Part shown: one piece after another, positions 8,211 to 13,180 of the stretch
How the letters are laid out: each line of letters starts with the position of its first letter
Numbering within the stretch: the first letter of the stretch is position 1
From: a virus
Lineage: Duplodnaviria > Heunggongvirae > Uroviricota > Caudoviricetes
Reading direction: 5' to 3' (one strand)
IMG/VR virus record: IMGVR_UViG_2526164632_000020
Length of the DNA stretch: 13,180 nucleotides
Made by a program: the position numbers and the translations under genes
The notes under the pieces: generated by a model
Told to the model about the DNA's origin: nothing
Seen by the model: only the letters and a program-made list of their open reading frames with translations
The model's database searches: none

Positions 8211-8340
8211 AGCACTTGCTCCTTTTCCGGAGAGGCGCTAACCTTTCACTTGTCAAGGTAATGCGGTTAGGGCCTCGGTTAAACAGAAATGTTTTCCGGG
8301 GCCTTTCCACATCCGGCCTTCGGGTATTCCCTCCGACCAT
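8077..8340 (-). CDS. mok: mok-like overlapping reading frame (modulator of killing) required for hok translation
   Basis: Open frame starting upstream of hok, overlapping nearly all of it in another frame and ending 7 nt before the hok stop, as in hok/mok loci. True start uncertain: ATG 8340 or GTG 8310 (GAAGG 7 nt upstream). Confidence 0.35.
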   Translation of the reverse strand: MVGGNTRRPDVERPRKTFLFNRGPNRITLTSERLAPLRKRSKCYVAKIAYGHHVLRDGNPHHLDAAWFAVRNTDELLGSGVCGVLTV

Positions 8341-8380
8341 CAGCCGAAAGGCACCCGCGCGTAATCTATCGCTTTTTTGT
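8290..8380 (+). ncRNA. sok: Predicted Sok-like antisense RNA (position approximate)
   Basis: Expected by analogy with hok/sok: a short antisense transcript covering the mok translation-initiation region. A plus-strand T6 run at 8373-8378 could be its terminator tail; no convincing promoter found by eye. Confidence 0.15.
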
Positions 8381-8400
8381 TACTCCGGCAATTCTGCCTG

Positions 8401-8661
8401 TTAATTCTGAGATAAAGGCAAGCTCATCTGATTGTTTCCCCTGTGTGAAGCTGGCAGCTCATGCCACGGGATACCTTCTGAAGAGTGAACGCCGGAGGCA
8501 TGTTTCGATGTGAATTTATGGAAAGCTTCCAGTGTTGAGAAGCATACGCCGCATTCCAGATTGTTACACTGGTAATACTTTTGCCGCACGGTGTTTGAAT
8601 CATTTTCCGGACGACTGGTGCGGATACGGGCAGATGCGCCACAAAGCGGACAACGGAACAT
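8401..8661 (-). CDS. ogr: Ogr/Delta-family zinc-finger late-gene transcription activator (P2-like)
   Basis: 86-aa ORF MFRCPLCGASARIRTSR...YYQCNNLECGVCF with the four-Cys Ogr zinc finger (P2 Ogr begins MFHCPLCQHAAHARTSR...YHQCQNVNCSATF); C-terminus diverges; SD AGGGAGG upstream. Confidence 0.8.
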   Translation of the reverse strand: MFRCPLCGASARIRTSRPENDSNTVRQKYYQCNNLECGVCFSTLEAFHKFTSKHASGVHSSEGIPWHELPASHRGNNQMSLPLSQN

Positions 8662-8676
8662 AGCGACCTCCCTTAA

Positions 8677-10729
<2,053 letters not shown>

Positions 10730-10734
10730 TTATC
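10730..10734. repeat. Target-site duplication TTATC (right copy)
   Basis: TTATC immediately outside the right inverted repeat. Confidence 0.7.
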
Positions 10735-11771
10735 AATGGTGTGCTCGGCTTTTGCAATGATCCAGTCCTGATTATCAATCTCGCTTTTAAATCCTGTTAC
10801 CGTGCCATGCATTTCGGGGTAGAGTTCTGCACGTCCACGCGCCAGCGTGATGGAGAATGATGCGGCTCCGCGTTGTAGTTGCTGCCACTTTGCCGCCGCT
10901 GCGCGTCTTGCTGCCTGCTCGTTCTGATAAGTCTTGCGTAACACAAACACATTGCCATCCGCGCCTTCCATATAGTCACCTTCACGGCTGCTGCTTTTCT
11001 CCTTTTTGGGTTTTGGCGGTTTACGGCGTTTCACGCTGACTTTTTTCTTTTTCCCGTAATTAAGATCAAGCCAGTAGGCGCGTACCCCCGTATACGCCTC
11101 GCGGTCAGCAATACGGAACTGATGGCGATCGCCGCTGCTGTGTGTAATGGCGAACGAGGGCAACGGCTGGCCCTGTGCGTTCACGCCACCACCTGGCATG
11201 ATGAATAACAGATTACCGCTTTTTACCGTGGTGATTGCGCCCAGCATTTCCGCCATGCGCGTAAGGAAGGACATGTCGCTTTCTTCGGTCTGGTCGGCGT
11301 GGTCGATTTCGATATCCATCAGCATTTCGCTGATTTGCGGTTTCAGACCATACCGATGAGCGATGGCGGATACCACACGCTCAACGGTCACATCATGCCA
11401 GGACACCTCACGTTTAACGTTAAATTCATCCCGAAAATCTGCGCTTCTGGCTGAAACAGTCAGCCTGTCCGGCGGTCCTTCGTGAGCGATTTCATCAACA
11501 ATGTAAGTGCCTTTTTCTGTCAGCGGTTCTCCCTTCCAGCCAATGAGAACCGTCAGGCGCGCGCCCCGTGGCGGTAGCTGCAACTGACCATCCGCATCAT
11601 CCAACGTGATGGTGAGCTGGTCCGCCTCAAACCCCGGTTGTCGGTCAGTGACAGGCTCATCAGGCGCTCTGCCACGCCTGACAGCGTTTTACCCTCCGCG
11701 AGAATATCAAAATCCGGCATTTTCACGGGGTCTGTGCCCTGACTGAGCAATTGCATGGTGGTGTCGGTCAT
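10730..11771 (-). pseudogene. P2-like tail protein D (late control gene D family), frameshifted near 11625-11637 and 3'-truncated by the IS insertion
   Basis: Start ATG 11771 (SD GGAGGA upstream): MTDTTMQLLSQGTDPVKMPDFDILAEGKTLSGVAERLMSLSLTDNRG, then the frame shifts by 1 nt at a GGGGTTT run into ...FEADQLTITLDDADGQLQLPPRGARL... (the 296-aa ORF). The reading frame runs into the IS right end at 10729. Confidence 0.85.
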
Positions 11772-11928
11772 CTGCTCCTCCCCTGTGCGGCATGGTCGCA
11801 TGTGCGTGCGGAGGGGGTTACTGCTTTTTGTTGTCGCCGGGTCGGGAGAACGGCGCAGGGGTGAGATTACGCGCGTGGTGGGTGATGATTGTTGCCGAAT
11901 CATTTAACGGATACAAGGGGCTGAAGCT

Positions 11929-13112
11929 ATGAGTGAAACTCGTTTTCATGGTGCCCGTGTTACGGAAATACCGACCTGGTAACAGCGATTAACGATGTTG
12001 ATTCCAGCGTTATCGGTATCGTGGCAACGGCGGATGATGCGGACGCGAAGCTGTTCCCGCTGAGCAAGCCCACACTGCTGACCCGCGTTAATGACGTGCT
12101 GGGAAAATGCGGGACAACGGGGACGCTTTATCGTGCGCTTAAGGCCATCGCAGACCAGGTGAGCACAAAGGTGATCGTCGTTCGCGTGGCTGAACACAAA
12201 GAAGAAGACGGAAAGACGCAGGATCAACTGGTTATCGGTGGTTCTGAAGATGACGGCAGCTATACGGGGATGTATGCGCTGCTTGTTGCAGAGCAGGATG
12301 AAAGCATCGGATACCGTCCGCGTATTCTGGCCGCGCCGGAGCTGGACACGGAGGCGGTGACAAAATCCCTGTGCGTGATTGCGGGTAAACTGCGCGCGTT
12401 TGTGTATGCCTCATGTCACGGCTGTAACACGATGGCTGAGGCGATTACCTACCGCCAGAAATTCAACGAACGTGAGGTGATGCTCTTATGGCCGGACTTC
12501 ATCGCCTACAACCCGAAAAGTGGCAAAAACGAAACGTTCCCCGCGCCTGCCTATGCGTGCGGCCTTCGTGCGTACATTGACCATGAGCAGGGCTGGCACA
12601 AATCGCTGTCCAACGTTCCTGTTAAAAATGTGCTGGGAATGTCCAGGCATGTGTTCTGGTCGTTGCAGGCCGAAGACAGTGATGCCAACAGCCTCAACAA
12701 CAAAGAAATCACGACCATTATTCGTCGCAACGGGTTCCGCTTCTGGGGCAACCGCACACCGGAAACGAACGCCTACATCTTTGAGGTGTATACCCGAACC
12801 GCACAGGTGCTGGCTGATTCAATTGCAGAAGCGCAGTTTGAAACCATCGACAGTCCACTGACGCCTGCGAACGTGAAGGATGTTATCAGTGCCATCAGGG
12901 CAAAACTGGATTCACTGGTTACTGCCGGGAAACTGATTGGCGCGGAGTGCTGGTATGACGTGGTGGATAACAGCACCACGGATTTACGTCAGGGACGTGT
13001 GCGTATTCGCTATAAATATACGCCCGTTCCGCCACTGGAAGACATGGAGCTTTACCAGACGTTTACTGATGAATACTTTGAACCTGCATTTGCGGTGCTG
13101 GGAGGTGCCTGA
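11929..13112 (+). CDS. P2-like tail sheath protein FI, with an N-terminal -1 frameshift near 11964-11969 (possibly a pseudogene)
   Basis: ATG 11929 with SD AAGGGG gives MSETRFHGARVTEI...* (stop 11980); the 363-aa ORF in the adjacent frame (...DADAKLFPL...GFRFWGNRT...YKYTPVPPLE...) carries the rest of the sheath. Span is 1184 nt, i.e. 1185 - 1. The intact downstream ORF begins at GTG 12021. Confidence 0.85.
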
Positions 13113-13180
13113 TGGCTGTGCCAAAACATCTTCGCTTTTTTACGCTGTTTGTGGATGGTGAAAACGAAGTGGGTAAGGTG
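13112..13180 (+). CDS. P2-like tail tube protein FII, 5' end only (runs off the window)
   Basis: ATG 13112 overlaps the FI stop (TGATG); hand translation MAVPKHLRFFTLFVDGENEVGKV resembles the recalled P2 FII N-terminus (MA.P.KL...F.NG). Only 23 codons are in the window. Confidence 0.55.
   Translation, partial: MAVPKHLRFFTLFVDGENEVGKV

Noticed and set aside
8216-8513. Plus-strand ORFs 8216..8404 and 8289..8513
   Set aside because: Antisense to the hok/mok leader and to ogr; more likely to mark where the antisense Sok-like RNA is than a protein gene.
8424-8642. 72-aa minus-strand ORF in an alternative frame inside ogr
   Set aside because: The overlapping frame starting MFRCPLC carries the Ogr zinc finger; this frame has no recognisable motif.
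11553-11903. 116-aa minus-strand ORF treated as an independent gene
   Set aside because: Its conserved part (from MTDTT at 11771) is the N-terminus of tail protein D in the pre-frameshift frame; the upstream 44 codons are unconstrained read-through.
11946-12414. Minus-strand ORFs 11946..12227 and 12232..12414
   Set aside because: Antisense to the well-supported tail sheath FI frame.
12937-13161. 74-aa plus-strand ORF at the window end
   Set aside because: Wrong frame: the FII tail tube gene starts at ATG 13112 overlapping the FI stop, and this ORF overlaps both.

Overview
Enterobacterial (E. coli-type) chromosome segment. The left 6.4 kb is conserved core: the window opens on the first 8 nt of a 16S rRNA gene with its complete rrn P1/P2 promoter-leader (minus strand), then clpB, pgeF(yfiH) and rluD (minus), bamD and raiA (plus). 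Directly after the raiA terminator (~6394) the sequence becomes the ogr-proximal end of a degenerate P2-like prophage. It carries a cargo island: a beta-class DPPY DNA methyltransferase overlapped by a Mu Com-like zinc-finger gene, with a start-sequestering hairpin and three ATCGATC/GATC sites upstream (mom-like architecture); a zinc-ribbon/TM2 small membrane protein; and a hok/mok type I toxin locus that the ORF track missed. Next come an Ogr/Delta-like activator, a 1954-bp IS100-like (IS21-family) element with a 5-bp TTATC target duplication inserted into the 3' end of tail gene D, and divergently oriented tail sheath FI and tube FII genes. istA, istB, D and FI each carry a single-nucleotide frameshift at a short repeat, so this is either a decaying cryptic prophage or a set of homopolymer sequencing errors. 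All protein identifications are from recalled motifs and family sequences, not from a search; no CRISPR array or tRNA was found.
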